The notes under the pieces are model-generated. The model did no database searches and was not told the DNA's origin. It saw only the letters and a program-made list of their open reading frames with translations. Shown one piece after another: positions 8,105-18,659 of a stretch of 64,000 bases of DNA. The DNA is from a virus: IMG/VR virus record IMGVR_UViG_3300049027_000072, positions 1 to 64,000 of that record, one strand, 5' to 3'. Position 1 is the stretch's first letter. Each line of letters starts with the position of its first letter. The position numbers and the translations under genes are program-made.

Positions 8105-8427
8105 AGGCCGCGGCTCGGGCGCTATTCCGCAAGCCGCCCAAGCAGCCCAAGCAGTCCGAGCTCGCGGCGATCGGCCTCACTGCGGAAGACCTGGAAGAGC
8201 CCGGCGGCGCGTTCGCGCTTTGGCCTGACAACGCCGATGCGTTCAACGTCATGCAGGTCCTTTCGGGCCAATGGCGCATCGGACCGGGAGGTCCGATCGG
8301 GCTCGACTACAACGTGCTGGAGATCGGATTCCGGCACGCACGCATTCCAAGACGCGCCAGGCGCGACGTGTTCCGTGATCTGCAGGTCATGGAAGAAGAA
8401 GCCTTGAAGGTGATCCATGACAGCTGA
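7784..8427 (+). CDS. Tail assembly chaperone frameshift product (GT-like), made by a -1 shift at 8095-8101
   Basis: G_GGA_AAC heptamer at 8095-8101. The -1 frame continues GKLKAAARALFRKPP... to 8427, with a DUF1799-like ALWPDNADAFNVMQVLSGQW segment. Confidence 0.75.
8095..8101 (+). promoter_or_regulatory. Programmed -1 ribosomal frameshift slippery heptamer GGGAAAC
   Basis: X_XXY_YYZ in the zero frame (ttG GGA AAC tga), with the stop 1 nt downstream. Confidence 0.75.
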
Positions 8428-11146
8428 TGTCACCGTACTGGGGCTTGCCGTTGACAGTCGGCAAGTCGTTACCGCAGGGCAAGCCCTCGACCAGATGGCG
8501 GCCGCGGGCAAGCGAGCGGAAACCGCCGCACAGGCCGTCGAATCGGCATCGAAGCAATCGGCCAGCGCCACGCAAGCTGTCTCCGCGGCGTACGGCCGCA
8601 GCGCCGCTACCGCGGGCGCTGCGGCCTCGGCTGGCCGACTGGCCGACGATGCATACAAGCGGGTCGGTGCTTCTTCTGCGGCGGCGGCGCGTGGTGTTGG
8701 ACTCACGGCGTATCAGACGCAGCAGTTGAGCTTCCAACTCAACGACCTGTTTGTGCAGATCGCGAGCGGCGCCAGCCCGCTGACAGCGCTGATCCAGCAG
8801 GGTTCGCAACTGTCCGGCACGTTCGGCGGCGTCGGAGGCGCACTGCGCGCGGTCGGCTCGCTCATCACCCCGTTTCGGGTATTGGTCGGCGGGGCGGCCA
8901 CTGCTGTGCTGGCATTGGGCGCCGCGATTTTCAAAGGGGCAGCGCAGAGTGACGAGCTGTCGCGCTCGCTGCTCGTCACCGGCAATGCCGCCGGCGTGTC
9001 GCGCTCTGAGTTCGAGCGGCTGAAAGGGTCCATCGCCGACGCGACCGGCACGACGGTTGGATCGGCGCGCGATGTGCTGCAGAACCTGGTCTCCACGGGG
9101 CGCTTCAGTGGCCAGGCGCTGACCGCGACCGCCATAGCAGCACAACTGCTCGGCAAGGCGACCGGGCAAAGCACGGACGAAATACTGAAGAGCTTTGTCG
9201 GGCTCACCAACGGCGTGGCGTCGGGTGCGGAGCAGCTGAACCGTACCTATCACTTCCTGACGGCCCAGCAGCTCGACTACATCAAGACGCTCGAAGAGCA
9301 GGGGCAGCAGCAGAAGGCCATCAAGGTCACGATGGAGGCGCTAGGCCAGCGGGTGCAGGTTGCCGCTGGCGAGGTTGGAATACTGGAGCGCGCTTGGAAC
9401 GCCGCCAAGAGCGCGGTATCCGGGTATGTGGACGCTGTGTTGAAAATTGGGCGCGCACCAACCGCCCAGGAGCAGTTGGACAGTGTGTCCGGGCAACTGG
9501 CGGAGCGGCTTGCGCGTGGCCCACTGAATACTCTGACGAGTAAGGCATTCGAGAAGGGCAACGCCGCGCTCAGGCAGCAGCAAGCCGAGTTGCAAGAGGT
9601 CGTCCGCATGGAGCAGCGGCAGGCCGAGATCGGAGCGAAGAACGCGGCTACAGAGCAGGCCAAGATTGCGTTCATGAAGCTGCAAGAGCAGAGCCTCACC
9701 AAGCAGCAGCAACTGAAGCGCGAACTCGACAAAGCGAATGCCTTGGCGGACGCCGCAGGAGCGTCACCTGAAGAGCGGAAGCGCTTGCTTGCCTCCATCC
9801 GCGAGAAGTTCACACCGGGCATGAACAAGGCAGAACTGGGCGCGGACATTTCAAGCATCCGCACCGAGCTCAACTCGCTGACCAGCGCGTACGCCGGCGC
9901 TGAGTCGATCCTTGAAGCTCAGCGCAGCGCCGGCATCGTGTCGGAGCGCGCGTACTACGACGCGAAACGGGCCTTCATCCGCCTGGATGAAGAGGCGCAG
10001 ATCCGAGCACTGACGCGCGAGAACGATGAACTCGCGAAAGCGAAGGCTACGTCAGTTGAACGCGTCGAGAACGAACGCCGCATTGCCGAGAACAGGGTCA
10101 AGATCGAGATCCTCCGCGCCAGCGCCGCGGCCAAGACCGTCGTGGTCGATGCCCAGCAAGCGGCGTCACTGAAGCAGGTCGAAGTTGCGTACCTGCAAGC
10201 GCGACTGGCGGCCGACGCCTACATCACCACGCTGCAACGGCAGCAGCAGCGCGAGCTGGACGGCATCGGCCTTGGAAATCGTGAACGCGAACGACTCTCC
10301 GCGCGCGGTCAGATCACAGACCGCTTCGACGCCCAGCGCGAAGAGCTGGAGCGGCAGCGTCGCACACAGGAACTTGAGGGGCGGTTCGGCGACAGCGAGC
10401 GCGAGCAGTACAGCCGCCGGCTCGCGTTGACCGATGAGTACCAGGCCAAGGCCCTGGCGTCGTGGGACGACTTCTACGCGAAGCGGACGGAGCGCGAGCG
10501 TGATTTCAACGTGGGCGTGAATGAGGCGCTGGCTAACTACGTGGCCGAGAGCGCAAACACGGCCAAGCAGGTCGAACAGGTGTTCACGCGCGCCTTTCAA
10601 GGGATGGAAGACGCCCTGGTTCAGGCCGTGACGACTGGAAAGCTGGACTTCAAGAGCCTGGCCAACTCCATCATCGCCGACCTCGTGCGCATTGAGATCC
10701 GCGCGCGGCTGGCCGCGGCAGCCGCCACGTTCAGGTCTGGCGGAGGGCTTGGCGACGTCCTGGCGGCGTTCGTCAACGCGAGCGCCGGTGCCTCAGGAGG
10801 CGGTGGAACGGTCAGTGGCGGCGGTGGACTGCAGCCGAGCCAAGGCTTCCAGTTCGGCCCTGGACGGGCGTCTGGCGGGCCGGTGAAGCGCGGTGTCATG
10901 TACCCGGTCAACGAGAACGGCCCAGGCGAGCTTCTGAACGTCGGCGGCCGTCAGTACCTGATGGCCGGAGCGGACGGCTCGGTGTCCAAGGCAGGCGGAC
11001 GTGGAGCCATGAACTACAGCCCATCCATCACGGTGAACGTGGACTCGCGAACGGACCAAGCAGCCGTGCGCGAAGATGTGCTCTCGGCCGTGAACGAGTC
11101 GCAGCAGCGATTCGCGAGGGAGCTGCACAGGATGGGGGTGCTCTGA
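8417..11146 (+). CDS. Tape measure protein
   Basis: 909 aa, Ala/Gln/Arg/Glu-rich coiled coil, lying after the chaperone pair. Confidence 0.85.
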   Translation: MTADVTVLGLAVDSRQVVTAGQALDQMAAAGKRAETAAQAVESASKQSASATQAVSAAYGRSAATAGAAASAGRLADDAYKRVGASSAAAARGVGLTAYQTQQLSFQLNDLFVQIASGASPLTALIQQGSQLSGTFGGVGGALRAVGSLITPFRVLVGGAATAVLALGAAIFKGAAQSDELSRSLLVTGNAAGVSRSEFERLKGSIADATGTTVGSARDVLQNLVSTGRFSGQALTATAIAAQLLGKATGQSTDEILKSFVGLTNGVASGAEQLNRTYHFLTAQQLDYIKTLEEQGQQQKAIKVTMEALGQRVQVAAGEVGILERAWNAAKSAVSGYVDAVLKIGRAPTAQEQLDSVSGQLAERLARGPLNTLTSKAFEKGNAALRQQQAELQEVVRMEQRQAEIGAKNAATEQAKIAFMKLQEQSLTKQQQLKRELDKANALADAAGASPEERKRLLASIREKFTPGMNKAELGADISSIRTELNSLTSAYAGAESILEAQRSAGIVSERAYYDAKRAFIRLDEEAQIRALTRENDELAKAKATSVERVENERRIAENRVKIEILRASAAAKTVVVDAQQAASLKQVEVAYLQARLAADAYITTLQRQQQRELDGIGLGNRERERLSARGQITDRFDAQREELERQRRTQELEGRFGDSEREQYSRRLALTDEYQAKALASWDDFYAKRTERERDFNVGVNEALANYVAESANTAKQVEQVFTRAFQGMEDALVQAVTTGKLDFKSLANSIIADLVRIEIRARLAAAAATFRSGGGLGDVLAAFVNASAGASGGGGTVSGGGGLQPSQGFQFGPGRASGGPVKRGVMYPVNENGPGELLNVGGRQYLMAGADGSVSKAGGRGAMNYSPSITVNVDSRTDQAAVREDVLSAVNESQQRFARELHRMGVL

Positions 11147-11147
11147 C

Positions 11148-11777
11148 GTGGCCGTCATCACCATGCCTACCAACCTGCCGGTGGCCGAGTGTTCTTTCGG
11201 CCAGGTGAGGTACGACCTGACCGAAACGAGCGATGCGACTGGTAGCCAATCGGCCCGCATCCTGGCGCCGCCCCGGTGGAAGCTCTCGATGGCCAGCGGG
11301 CCGCTGCTGTCCACCGACCATTTCGGCCTCTGGTCCTCCATGCTGATGCAGCTGCGCGGCAAGGTGAACACGCTTGCCGCGTTCGACACGGTGAGAACCG
11401 AGCCGGCCGGCACGATGCGCGGGACCATGACGCTCAACGGTGCCCACGCGGCGGGCGCCACCACGCTATCCGTCGTGGCCTCGGGCCAGGCCAGCAAGAC
11501 CTTGCTGCGCGGCGACATGCTGCAGATCGGTACCGGCCTCGGCACCAGCCAGACCGTCATGGTCATGGCCGACGCGACATCGAACGGCTCCGGCGTGATC
11601 TCGCTGACGGTGGAGCCGCCGCTGCGCGCCGCCTACTCCGGCGGCACGGCCGTGGCGTGGCAGCGCCCATTGATCTACTGCAAGCTGGTGAACGAGTCGA
11701 CCTCGTGGACGTACACGAGGGCACCCACGCACCGGCAGGGTGGCATGGCCGCAGACCTGCTGGAGGTGTTCGCGTGA
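11148..11777 (+). CDS. Distal/minor tail protein
   Basis: GTG start 1 nt after the tape measure stop; 209 aa. Confidence 0.6.
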   Translation: MAVITMPTNLPVAECSFGQVRYDLTETSDATGSQSARILAPPRWKLSMASGPLLSTDHFGLWSSMLMQLRGKVNTLAAFDTVRTEPAGTMRGTMTLNGAHAAGATTLSVVASGQASKTLLRGDMLQIGTGLGTSQTVMVMADATSNGSGVISLTVEPPLRAAYSGGTAVAWQRPLIYCKLVNESTSWTYTRAPTHRQGGMAADLLEVFA

Positions 11778-12379
11778 CGCTATCCCTGGACGCGGCCGCG
11801 ACTGCGGTCATCACATCAGACGCGCGCGGCGCGCACTGGCTCCTGGAGTTTGACTTCGCGTCGGGCACGGCGAGGTACACGACTTACCCGCTGAGCTTGG
11901 TGGTCAACGGCAACACATACACAGGCCTCGGACATGTGCTGGATGTGTCCGATGTGAGCGAGACCGAAGAGCCTGGCGGCGACGAGCTGACCCTGGCCAT
12001 GACGCTCACCGCGACAACGAGCCTTCTGTCCGCCCTGGTCGGCAGCGCTGAGGACTACCGCGGCCGGGCCATCCGCCTGTACCTGCAGCTTACGGACGCC
12101 ACAGGCCAGCCGGTGGGCGCGCCTGTGCACCGGTGGACCGGCCGGATGGAGCCGGCCAGGGTGAAGTGGACCCCGTCGAAACCGGACCAGGGCCCGCAAG
12201 CCCATATCGAGATGCCGTGCGTACGCGGTGGCGCGTCCAGGCGGCGAAGGCACGACGGTCTGCGCTTGTCGCATACCCAGCAGCAGGCCAGGTTCCCGGG
12301 GGACATGGGCTTGGAGTACCTGCACGACCTCGCCGAGAAGCCTGTGGTGTGGCTCAGCAAGCGGTTCCAGGAAATCTGA
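11774..12379 (+). CDS. Minor tail protein
   Basis: GTG at 11774 overlaps the stop (GTGA). 201 aa, at a tail-tip module position. Confidence 0.6.
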   Translation: MTLSLDAAATAVITSDARGAHWLLEFDFASGTARYTTYPLSLVVNGNTYTGLGHVLDVSDVSETEEPGGDELTLAMTLTATTSLLSALVGSAEDYRGRAIRLYLQLTDATGQPVGAPVHRWTGRMEPARVKWTPSKPDQGPQAHIEMPCVRGGASRRRRHDGLRLSHTQQQARFPGDMGLEYLHDLAEKPVVWLSKRFQEI

Positions 12380-12431
12380 ACCGAAGACTGCCGCAAGACC
12401 ATCTCCCAGCCGCCCCTCGTGGCCCCACACC

Positions 12432-12467
12432 AAGCCGCCTTCGGGCGGCTTTTTCATTCCTGAAAGG
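12432..12467 (+). terminator. Intrinsic terminator plus conserved RBS cassette (copy 4)
   Basis: AAGCCGCC-TTCG-GGCGGCTT (12432-12451), then TTTCATTCCTGAAAGG, then ATG at 12477. Confidence 0.8.
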
Positions 12468-12476
12468 CCGGCCCAC

Positions 12477-12902
12477 ATGACCGTCCGCAAGCGTGGCTCG
12501 GCGGCAGCCCTCGGAGAGTTCCTCTCCGCCCGGCTGCGCCGTCCGTTCGACTGGAAGACCTGGAACTGCTGCACGCACCTGGCCGAGTGGGTGGACGAGT
12601 CCGAGGGCCGTAACCCCATGGCCGGCCTGCCAGTGGTCAAGAACGAGCGCCAGGCGGCGCGCCTGGTGGCGCGTGTCGGAGGCGACATGGTTGGCGTCTG
12701 GACTGCGCTGCTACGCCGCGACCCGCTGCAGTCGCCAGCGCTGGCGGCCGTGGGCGACCCTGTCGTCATGCGCGTCGGCGAGCACCTCGTTGCCGGCGTG
12801 TGCGTCGGCGTCAGGGCGGCGTGCGTCGCGGTCGGCGGCGGCCTGACAGAGGTTCCGATGTCTGAAGCCGTCGCCGCCTGGCGGTTGGAGCCACTACGGT
12901 GA
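12477..12902 (+). CDS. Tail-associated NlpC/P60-like peptidase (putative)
   Basis: 141 aa. The FDWKTWNCCTHLAEWV segment has a Cys motif like phage/GTA cell-wall peptidases. The longer listed ORF from 12228 spans the terminator and is rejected. Confidence 0.55.
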   Translation: MTVRKRGSAAALGEFLSARLRRPFDWKTWNCCTHLAEWVDESEGRNPMAGLPVVKNERQAARLVARVGGDMVGVWTALLRRDPLQSPALAAVGDPVVMRVGEHLVAGVCVGVRAACVAVGGGLTEVPMSEAVAAWRLEPLR

Positions 12903-15900
12903 GCGGCCCGCGCAAGCTAGGTCTAGCTGTCGCGGCAGCGGTGCTGGCGCTGCTGCCAGCCGCAGTTTCGGCGGCTCCCGTTTTCGTGGTCGCTGCGGCC
13001 TTCGCCTCCTTCGCAGGCTACAGCGCGGCGGTCGTCTTCGCCCTGCAGGTGGCCGCTGTCGTGTTCGGCTCCATCGACGCTCGTCGCAAGGCCAAGAGAC
13101 TCGCGGCCAAAGCTCGCGCCGAGTACAACGGGTCGCTACAGGACCGGTCGCTGTCCGGCGTGTTCCCGAACCCGCCGTGGCGCATCGTGTACGGGACGGC
13201 GGTCACGGGTGGCGACGTGGTGGCGATGTTCACCACCGACAAGACCGCCCTCAGAGAGAACGGAACCACCTACGTCAAGCCAGACGCCTTGCGGCACCTC
13301 GTCGTGCACCTCGCCACGCACAAGAGCCAGGCCATCGGAGAGGTGTACCTGGACGGCGTGCCGATCGGCGCGCTCGACGGCAACGGATGGGTGACCGGCG
13401 GAGAGTTCAGCGAGACGAAGACCGTGACCCAGGCGATCCTGATCGATCCGTTCGGGTCGACGGTAGTCACAGGCACCGGGTTCCAGCTCTTCGGCGCGTA
13501 CAACCAAGCCTACACCGGCGATGACTGGAACGCTGCAGCCGTCACACCCACGATCACCGACCTCGGCAATGGCACCACGAGGATCACCAACCCGGTCAAC
13601 GCCAGCATCCACGTCGACTACTCGGTCACGTCGTTCGTCCCGTACGTCCGGGTCAGCAAGCACCTCGGCGACGACAACCAGACGGTTGACACGTATCTCA
13701 ACGGGCTCATCCCGACGCAGTGGACGACGAACCACCGGCTCCGTGGGTTGACATACATCGTGCTCACGCTCGACCTGGAGAATCAGCGGTTCCAGGGGGG
13801 GCCGCCGAACATCACGGCATCGTTGTCAGGCCGCCTGGTGCTGGATCCGCGCACCGGCCAGACCGTGCACACAGAGAACAACGCGCTGTGCGTGGCGGAC
13901 TGGCTGCAGGCCAAGTGGGGCTTCGAATCCAGCGCCGGCGACGTCGATACCACCTACCTCAACGCGGCCGCCAACGATTGCGACGCCGCGCAGTCGTTCA
14001 CGACGAACACGCCAGCCGACGGGCAGCGTTGGGACTTCCTCAACGCTGCGCAGAGCTGGACTGTGTCAGGCGCCACCCTGACGGTGAACACCGACTCGGT
14101 GACCGTAACTTCGTCGTCGTCCGACCCGGTGTTCAGAAGCCCGGCGCTGTCGCCCGGCTTGTCCGGCACGATCTACCGGTATGTGCGCGCCAGGGTGCGC
14201 CGCTTGGCCGGCACAGGCTGGCAGGGCACGGTCTACTACACCACCGGCGGCCACAGCGAGTCTGAGTCGTTCAAGAAGACTCTGGCCAATCCAGGCCTGA
14301 TCGCAGTCAGCCAGTGGGTGGAGCTTGAGTGGGACATGCATGCGCTCACCGCGGGCGGTTCTGACTGGGCAACCAGCACGATCACGCGGTTCCGCATAGA
14401 TCTCGGGTCCACCACGTCAGACTCATTCGAAATCGACTGGGTCGCGGTCAGCAAGCCTGTCGCCAGGTACACCTGCAACGGCGCTTTCACGTCCGACCAG
14501 GACAAGACGCAGGTGCTGGAAGATCTGTGCGAGAGCATGGCCGGCTTTGCCATCTACGGCGCCAAGTGGCAGATCGCCGCGGGTGTCTGGAAGCCGCCGG
14601 TGCTGCTGCCGGACGGAACCGACACGCTGACGGACGACGACCTTGTGGGCCAGCTGGACCTCGTACAGGCCGGCGCGCCGTCGGAGAGTTTGTTCAGCGG
14701 CGTCAGGGGCACGTTCATCCCGCGCGACAGGGCAACACCGGAGGATTTCGAGCCGTACCAGGATGCCACCTTCGTGGTGGCCGACGCCGAGGAACTCTGG
14801 GACGACGTCTCGTACACGTTCACCGACGACAAGTACCGCTGCAAGAACCTGGCGCGCATCAAGGTGGAGCGGGCGCGTAACGGTCTGGTGGTCAAGGGCG
14901 CGTTCAAGCTCAAGGCCTGGCCGCTGCAGGTCGGAGACCGCGTCAAGCTGAACAACGCAGAGTACGGCTTCAGCCAGAAGACGTTCCGTGTCACAGACTG
15001 GCAGTTCAATGTCGGCGGCTTCGTTGTGCTGACGCTGCAGGAGGACTCGGCCGACGCATGGGACCTCGCGCCGGCGGCCAGCGCCGACCCGACGCCCAAC
15101 AGTGACCTGCCCAACCCATGGGTTGTCGCCGCGCCGACCAATGTCCAGGCGGTCAGCGGCACCGCGCAACTCATCAAGACCATGGACGGGTCTGTAGTGC
15201 CGCGTGTGCTGGTGACATGGGGTTCTCCGACGTCCGCCTACGTGGCCGAGGCTGCAGGGCGTGTTGAAGTCATGTGGCGCCGAGGTTCCCTACTGGGCGG
15301 CGGCAGCAACGCTTCGTTGAGCTACGACCAGATTTCGCTGCCGGGCACCGAGTCCGGTGCGTATATCGATGGCGTCAAGGAGACCGACCGCCTCGTCATC
15401 AAGGTCCGGTTCAGGAACGCCCTCGGCCGCGAGAGCCCAGAGACCGTGATCTACCACGTGGTGGTCGGCAAGACGCAGCCTCCAGCCAACGTGACAGGCC
15501 TGACCAACGCCATCTCCAAGACCGGGGTCGAGTTCAGGTGGGACCTCAGCGTGGAGCTGGACTACGACGAGACTGAGCTGCGCGTCGGCGGATCGTCCTG
15601 GTCGACGGGCACGCGCCTGTTCCGTGGAAGGGCTTCCGGGTGGACGTGGCCCGCGCCGGCCCAAGGCACGTACACGGTGCGCGCCAAGCACTTCGACACC
15701 AGCGGGAATGAGAGCGCCACGGAGGCTGTCACGGTCGCCGTCGTGAACTCCGCCGCGCTCACGCAGTGGAACGAGCTTGCCGGCCGTCCGAAGGTGTTCC
15801 GTGTCGCTGCGGCTGGACTTCAGGCCGTACTGCAGGGCACGGAGCCGATATCCCCGGGCCTTTACGACGCAGAGACTGGGGCTCAGCTATACGGGTCGGA

Positions 15901-17278
15901 GCGCAGCTACATGATGGCGCGCATAAGGCGCAGCGACGGCGCCGTGACGTGGTGGGCCAATTACGACGTATATGGAAGCGGCGCCGTTGGTGGCCGTTCG
16001 GCAGCGAGTTTGGCGGCGGACTTGAATGCTACGGGTTCTGATCACCTCGTTGTGATCTACACGTACGACGAGCCGTTTTCGAACCGCTTCGATAGTGGTC
16101 TACCAGCCGCCATGTACAGGTGCGGCGCGTCGCAGGCCTGCTTCGGTTCTCCGGAGTTCAACGTCCGCAGCGCTTACATCCTGGTGGGCATCCCAGGGTG
16201 CGGAGAGGGCAACGGGCACGAGGCCTACCAAGGCGCTCCGAGCCCGAGCGGCGACCCCAATGCGTGGTGCGACGTGAGCTTCACGCTGCAGTTCGGCAAC
16301 TTCCAGATCGGCGGATCTTCGTTCACACCGCGCACGCTAAAGGACTACTCGTACACCGGCTCGCTCAACGCGACCTCAGACCTGACGTTGATCCGGGTTG
16401 GCGGCGGCGGCACGCAGGCCGGCAATGCGGTGACGAAGGGCACGGGCACCAGCGGATGGGATACCGCGTGGTACAGCCAGGAGGTTGCGAACGGCGGCGC
16501 ATACGCTACCGGCTCGCCGACGAGCATCATGGATGGCTTCATCGCCCTGAAGGATGCGAGTACAGGCGGCGGACCTGCGGCGTCTGCGTCTTACCAGGAC
16601 CTCGATTACGGCTTCAACTTTGGCGGAGGCGGCCAGCTCGCGGCCTACGAGCTAAACGTCGGCACCGCAATAGGCTCCTACGTCCCAGGCGACCAGCTGA
16701 TGGTGACCTACGACGGGCAGCGCGTCCAGTACCTGAAGAACGGCACGGTGCTGCGCACAGTGGAGAACGTCGGCGCGAACCGGCGGTTCCACCACAAGAC
16801 CGTGGTGTACACGGCTGGCGCCACTGTGCAGAACCTATCCTTCGGACAGATGTCGCCGGTGACTGGGATATCCACACCTCAGCTGGCGGATAAATCGGCC
16901 ACAGACACGGTGTTCCACAACGGCGCAGACGGCTCGTTCACGGTCGTGAACCAACTTGGTGGGCTAGACCGCATATCGGCCATCGAGTACGGCAACACGA
17001 CATCCTCAACGGTTCACGCTCAGGCGGAATACACGGTCCACGGGTACAAGAACCAGACAGGCCTTGCCCACTTCAACTGCATCTTGTCGCTGAACACCGG
17101 AAATAGAAGCGAGGTGCTGTCGCAAAACGTCGGGACATCAGAGTCCACGATAACTGTTGTTCAGCAGATGGACGTGCCGCCCGGCGTCTTCGTAAGCTGC
17201 GAGCTCTTCGCCTTCGCGCTGGACTCCACCATAACGTGGCGCAACCCGGTGACGAGACTCACCATCATCAAGAAATGA
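12899..17278 (+). CDS. Tail tip / host-specificity protein (lambda J- / GTA g15-like)
   Basis: 1459 aa with a GTGA overlap. It has a hydrophobic N-terminus and is the largest gene of the tail-tip module. Confidence 0.75.
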   Translation: MSGPRKLGLAVAAAVLALLPAAVSAAPVFVVAAAFASFAGYSAAVVFALQVAAVVFGSIDARRKAKRLAAKARAEYNGSLQDRSLSGVFPNPPWRIVYGTAVTGGDVVAMFTTDKTALRENGTTYVKPDALRHLVVHLATHKSQAIGEVYLDGVPIGALDGNGWVTGGEFSETKTVTQAILIDPFGSTVVTGTGFQLFGAYNQAYTGDDWNAAAVTPTITDLGNGTTRITNPVNASIHVDYSVTSFVPYVRVSKHLGDDNQTVDTYLNGLIPTQWTTNHRLRGLTYIVLTLDLENQRFQGGPPNITASLSGRLVLDPRTGQTVHTENNALCVADWLQAKWGFESSAGDVDTTYLNAAANDCDAAQSFTTNTPADGQRWDFLNAAQSWTVSGATLTVNTDSVTVTSSSSDPVFRSPALSPGLSGTIYRYVRARVRRLAGTGWQGTVYYTTGGHSESESFKKTLANPGLIAVSQWVELEWDMHALTAGGSDWATSTITRFRIDLGSTTSDSFEIDWVAVSKPVARYTCNGAFTSDQDKTQVLEDLCESMAGFAIYGAKWQIAAGVWKPPVLLPDGTDTLTDDDLVGQLDLVQAGAPSESLFSGVRGTFIPRDRATPEDFEPYQDATFVVADAEELWDDVSYTFTDDKYRCKNLARIKVERARNGLVVKGAFKLKAWPLQVGDRVKLNNAEYGFSQKTFRVTDWQFNVGGFVVLTLQEDSADAWDLAPAASADPTPNSDLPNPWVVAAPTNVQAVSGTAQLIKTMDGSVVPRVLVTWGSPTSAYVAEAAGRVEVMWRRGSLLGGGSNASLSYDQISLPGTESGAYIDGVKETDRLVIKVRFRNALGRESPETVIYHVVVGKTQPPANVTGLTNAISKTGVEFRWDLSVELDYDETELRVGGSSWSTGTRLFRGRASGWTWPAPAQGTYTVRAKHFDTSGNESATEAVTVAVVNSAALTQWNELAGRPKVFRVAAAGLQAVLQGTEPISPGLYDAETGAQLYGSERSYMMARIRRSDGAVTWWANYDVYGSGAVGGRSAASLAADLNATGSDHLVVIYTYDEPFSNRFDSGLPAAMYRCGASQACFGSPEFNVRSAYILVGIPGCGEGNGHEAYQGAPSPSGDPNAWCDVSFTLQFGNFQIGGSSFTPRTLKDYSYTGSLNATSDLTLIRVGGGGTQAGNAVTKGTGTSGWDTAWYSQEVANGGAYATGSPTSIMDGFIALKDASTGGGPAASASYQDLDYGFNFGGGGQLAAYELNVGTAIGSYVPGDQLMVTYDGQRVQYLKNGTVLRTVENVGANRRFHHKTVVYTAGATVQNLSFGQMSPVTGISTPQLADKSATDTVFHNGADGSFTVVNQLGGLDRISAIEYGNTTSSTVHAQAEYTVHGYKNQTGLAHFNCILSLNTGNRSEVLSQNVGTSESTITVVQQMDVPPGVFVSCELFAFALDSTITWRNPVTRLTIIKK

Positions 17279-17646
17279 GTACCTACCATTTCTACGACCC
17301 CGCCACCGGGCGCTTCACTGGCCAGAGCTTTGAGGGCAGCGGGGACCAGATACCTGAAAACAACCCGGGTGGGCTCCCTTACGCTGAGAACGTCGGCCGG
17401 TTCTACTGGCTCAAGGCAGTTGTCGATGGGAAAGTCGTCGACAGAACGTTCGAAATACTGACCGAGGCGCAGCGGGCGAATCGGAACGAGCTTCTGAAGC
17501 AGAGCGACTGGGTGACAGCCGCGGCAGTAGAGCGCGGCGAGGCCGTGTCTCAGGTCTGGCGTGCCTACCGACAGGCCCTGCGCGACGTGCCCCAGCAGGC
17601 AGGATTCCCACAGACTATCGAGTGGCCGGAGCCGCCTGCCGGCTGA
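17275..17646 (+). CDS. Tail fibre assembly/chaperone-like protein
   Basis: ATGA overlap. The C-terminal ...LLKQSDWVTAA...WRAYRQALRDVPQQAGFPQTIEWPEPP is typical of tail fibre assembly proteins. Confidence 0.6.
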   Translation: MSTYHFYDPATGRFTGQSFEGSGDQIPENNPGGLPYAENVGRFYWLKAVVDGKVVDRTFEILTEAQRANRNELLKQSDWVTAAAVERGEAVSQVWRAYRQALRDVPQQAGFPQTIEWPEPPAG

Positions 17647-17668
17647 CTCCAGACGTTCTTCGACACCC

Positions 17669-17701
17669 AGCCCGCCCGGCGCATGCCCGGCGGGCTTTTT
17701 C
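17669..17701 (+). terminator. Intrinsic terminator
   Basis: AGCCCGCC...GGCGGGCT hairpin followed by TTTTTC. Confidence 0.7.
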
Positions 17702-17727
17702 ATGCGCACCACGAGAGAAGGGTCTGG

Positions 17728-18042
17728 ATGAACGACCAGCACGCAAATAACGAGCAACGCCTTGCTGACATCGACAAGCGGTTGGACCGTGGCGCCGCAC
17801 GCATCGCTGAGTTGCAGATGTCGGTCGCCGAACTGCAGCGCGAGATGCGCGAGAACACCGCAATCACCACCGAGGTCCGCGATCTCCTGCAGCTGGCACG
17901 CGCAGGCCTGCGTCTGCTTGGAATCGTCGGCAATGTCGTCCGGTGGGTCGGCATGGTTGCCGGCGGTGCTATCGCGATCTGGGGCGCGTGCTATGCCGTG
18001 TGGTACGCGGTTACGCATGGCGGTCATCTGCCGCCGAAGTGA
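17728..18042 (+). CDS. Coiled-coil membrane protein of the lysis cassette (holin or lysis regulator candidate)
   Basis: ATG at 17728; 104 aa with an N-terminal coiled coil and a C-terminal hydrophobic segment LLGIVGNVVRWVGMVAGGAIAIWGACYAVWYAV. Confidence 0.5.
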   Translation: MNDQHANNEQRLADIDKRLDRGAARIAELQMSVAELQREMRENTAITTEVRDLLQLARAGLRLLGIVGNVVRWVGMVAGGAIAIWGACYAVWYAVTHGGHLPPK

Positions 18043-18050
18043 AGCCCGCC

Positions 18051-18659
18051 ATGATCACGATCGCGTCTCTGGTAGCTGCAGGCGTCAAGCCGACTCAGGC
18101 ACGACTGTTCGCCGAGCCGCTGCGCGCCGCGTGCGCGCTGTTCGACATCGCAACGCCGGCCCGCGTTTCTGCCTTCCTCGGGCAGTGCATGCTGGAGTCG
18201 AAGGCCTTCACCGACACCGAGGAAGACCTGTACTACCGCGCCCCTGAGCGCGTGCTCGAAGTCTTCGCCGGGCGTGTCACAAGCTTGGCGCGCGCTGCCC
18301 AGCTTGCGCGGCACCCGAAGGTTCTGGCGAACACGGTCTACGCCGGCGTGAACGGCAACACGGACCCTTGCGACGGCTGGCTTTACCGTGGCCGCGGGCT
18401 GATCCAGCTGACCGGCCGGGCGAACTACCGCGAGGCCGGGGCAGGGACCGGCCGCCCCTATGTCGACCAGCCCGACCTGGTGGCCGAGCCGTCCGATGCG
18501 TGCCTGTCGGCAGCTTGGTACTGGCACGCCCGCGGCCTCAACACGCTCGCCGACACCTGGCAGATCGATGCCATCACGAAGGCCGTGAACGGCCGCCGGA
18601 TGCTGCATGCCGACCTGCGCCGGCAGTACAGCGAACAGGCCCTGCACGCCCTGGCATGA
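18051..18659 (+). CDS. Endolysin, glycoside hydrolase family 19 (chitinase-like lysozyme)
   Basis: Motifs FLGQCMLESKAF and LYRGRGLIQLTGRANY; 202 aa. Confidence 0.8.
   Translation: MITIASLVAAGVKPTQARLFAEPLRAACALFDIATPARVSAFLGQCMLESKAFTDTEEDLYYRAPERVLEVFAGRVTSLARAAQLARHPKVLANTVYAGVNGNTDPCDGWLYRGRGLIQLTGRANYREAGAGTGRPYVDQPDLVAEPSDACLSAAWYWHARGLNTLADTWQIDAITKAVNGRRMLHADLRRQYSEQALHALA

Noticed and set aside
12228-12902. Long forms of ORFs that start upstream of better starts (12228, 4510, 45106, 53608, 42966, 41078, 25907, 26691, 28875, 35807 and others).
   Set aside because: The N-terminal extensions cross terminator hairpins or the preceding gene. They are Arg/Pro-rich and ignore internal starts that have an SD and ATGA/GTGA coupling.
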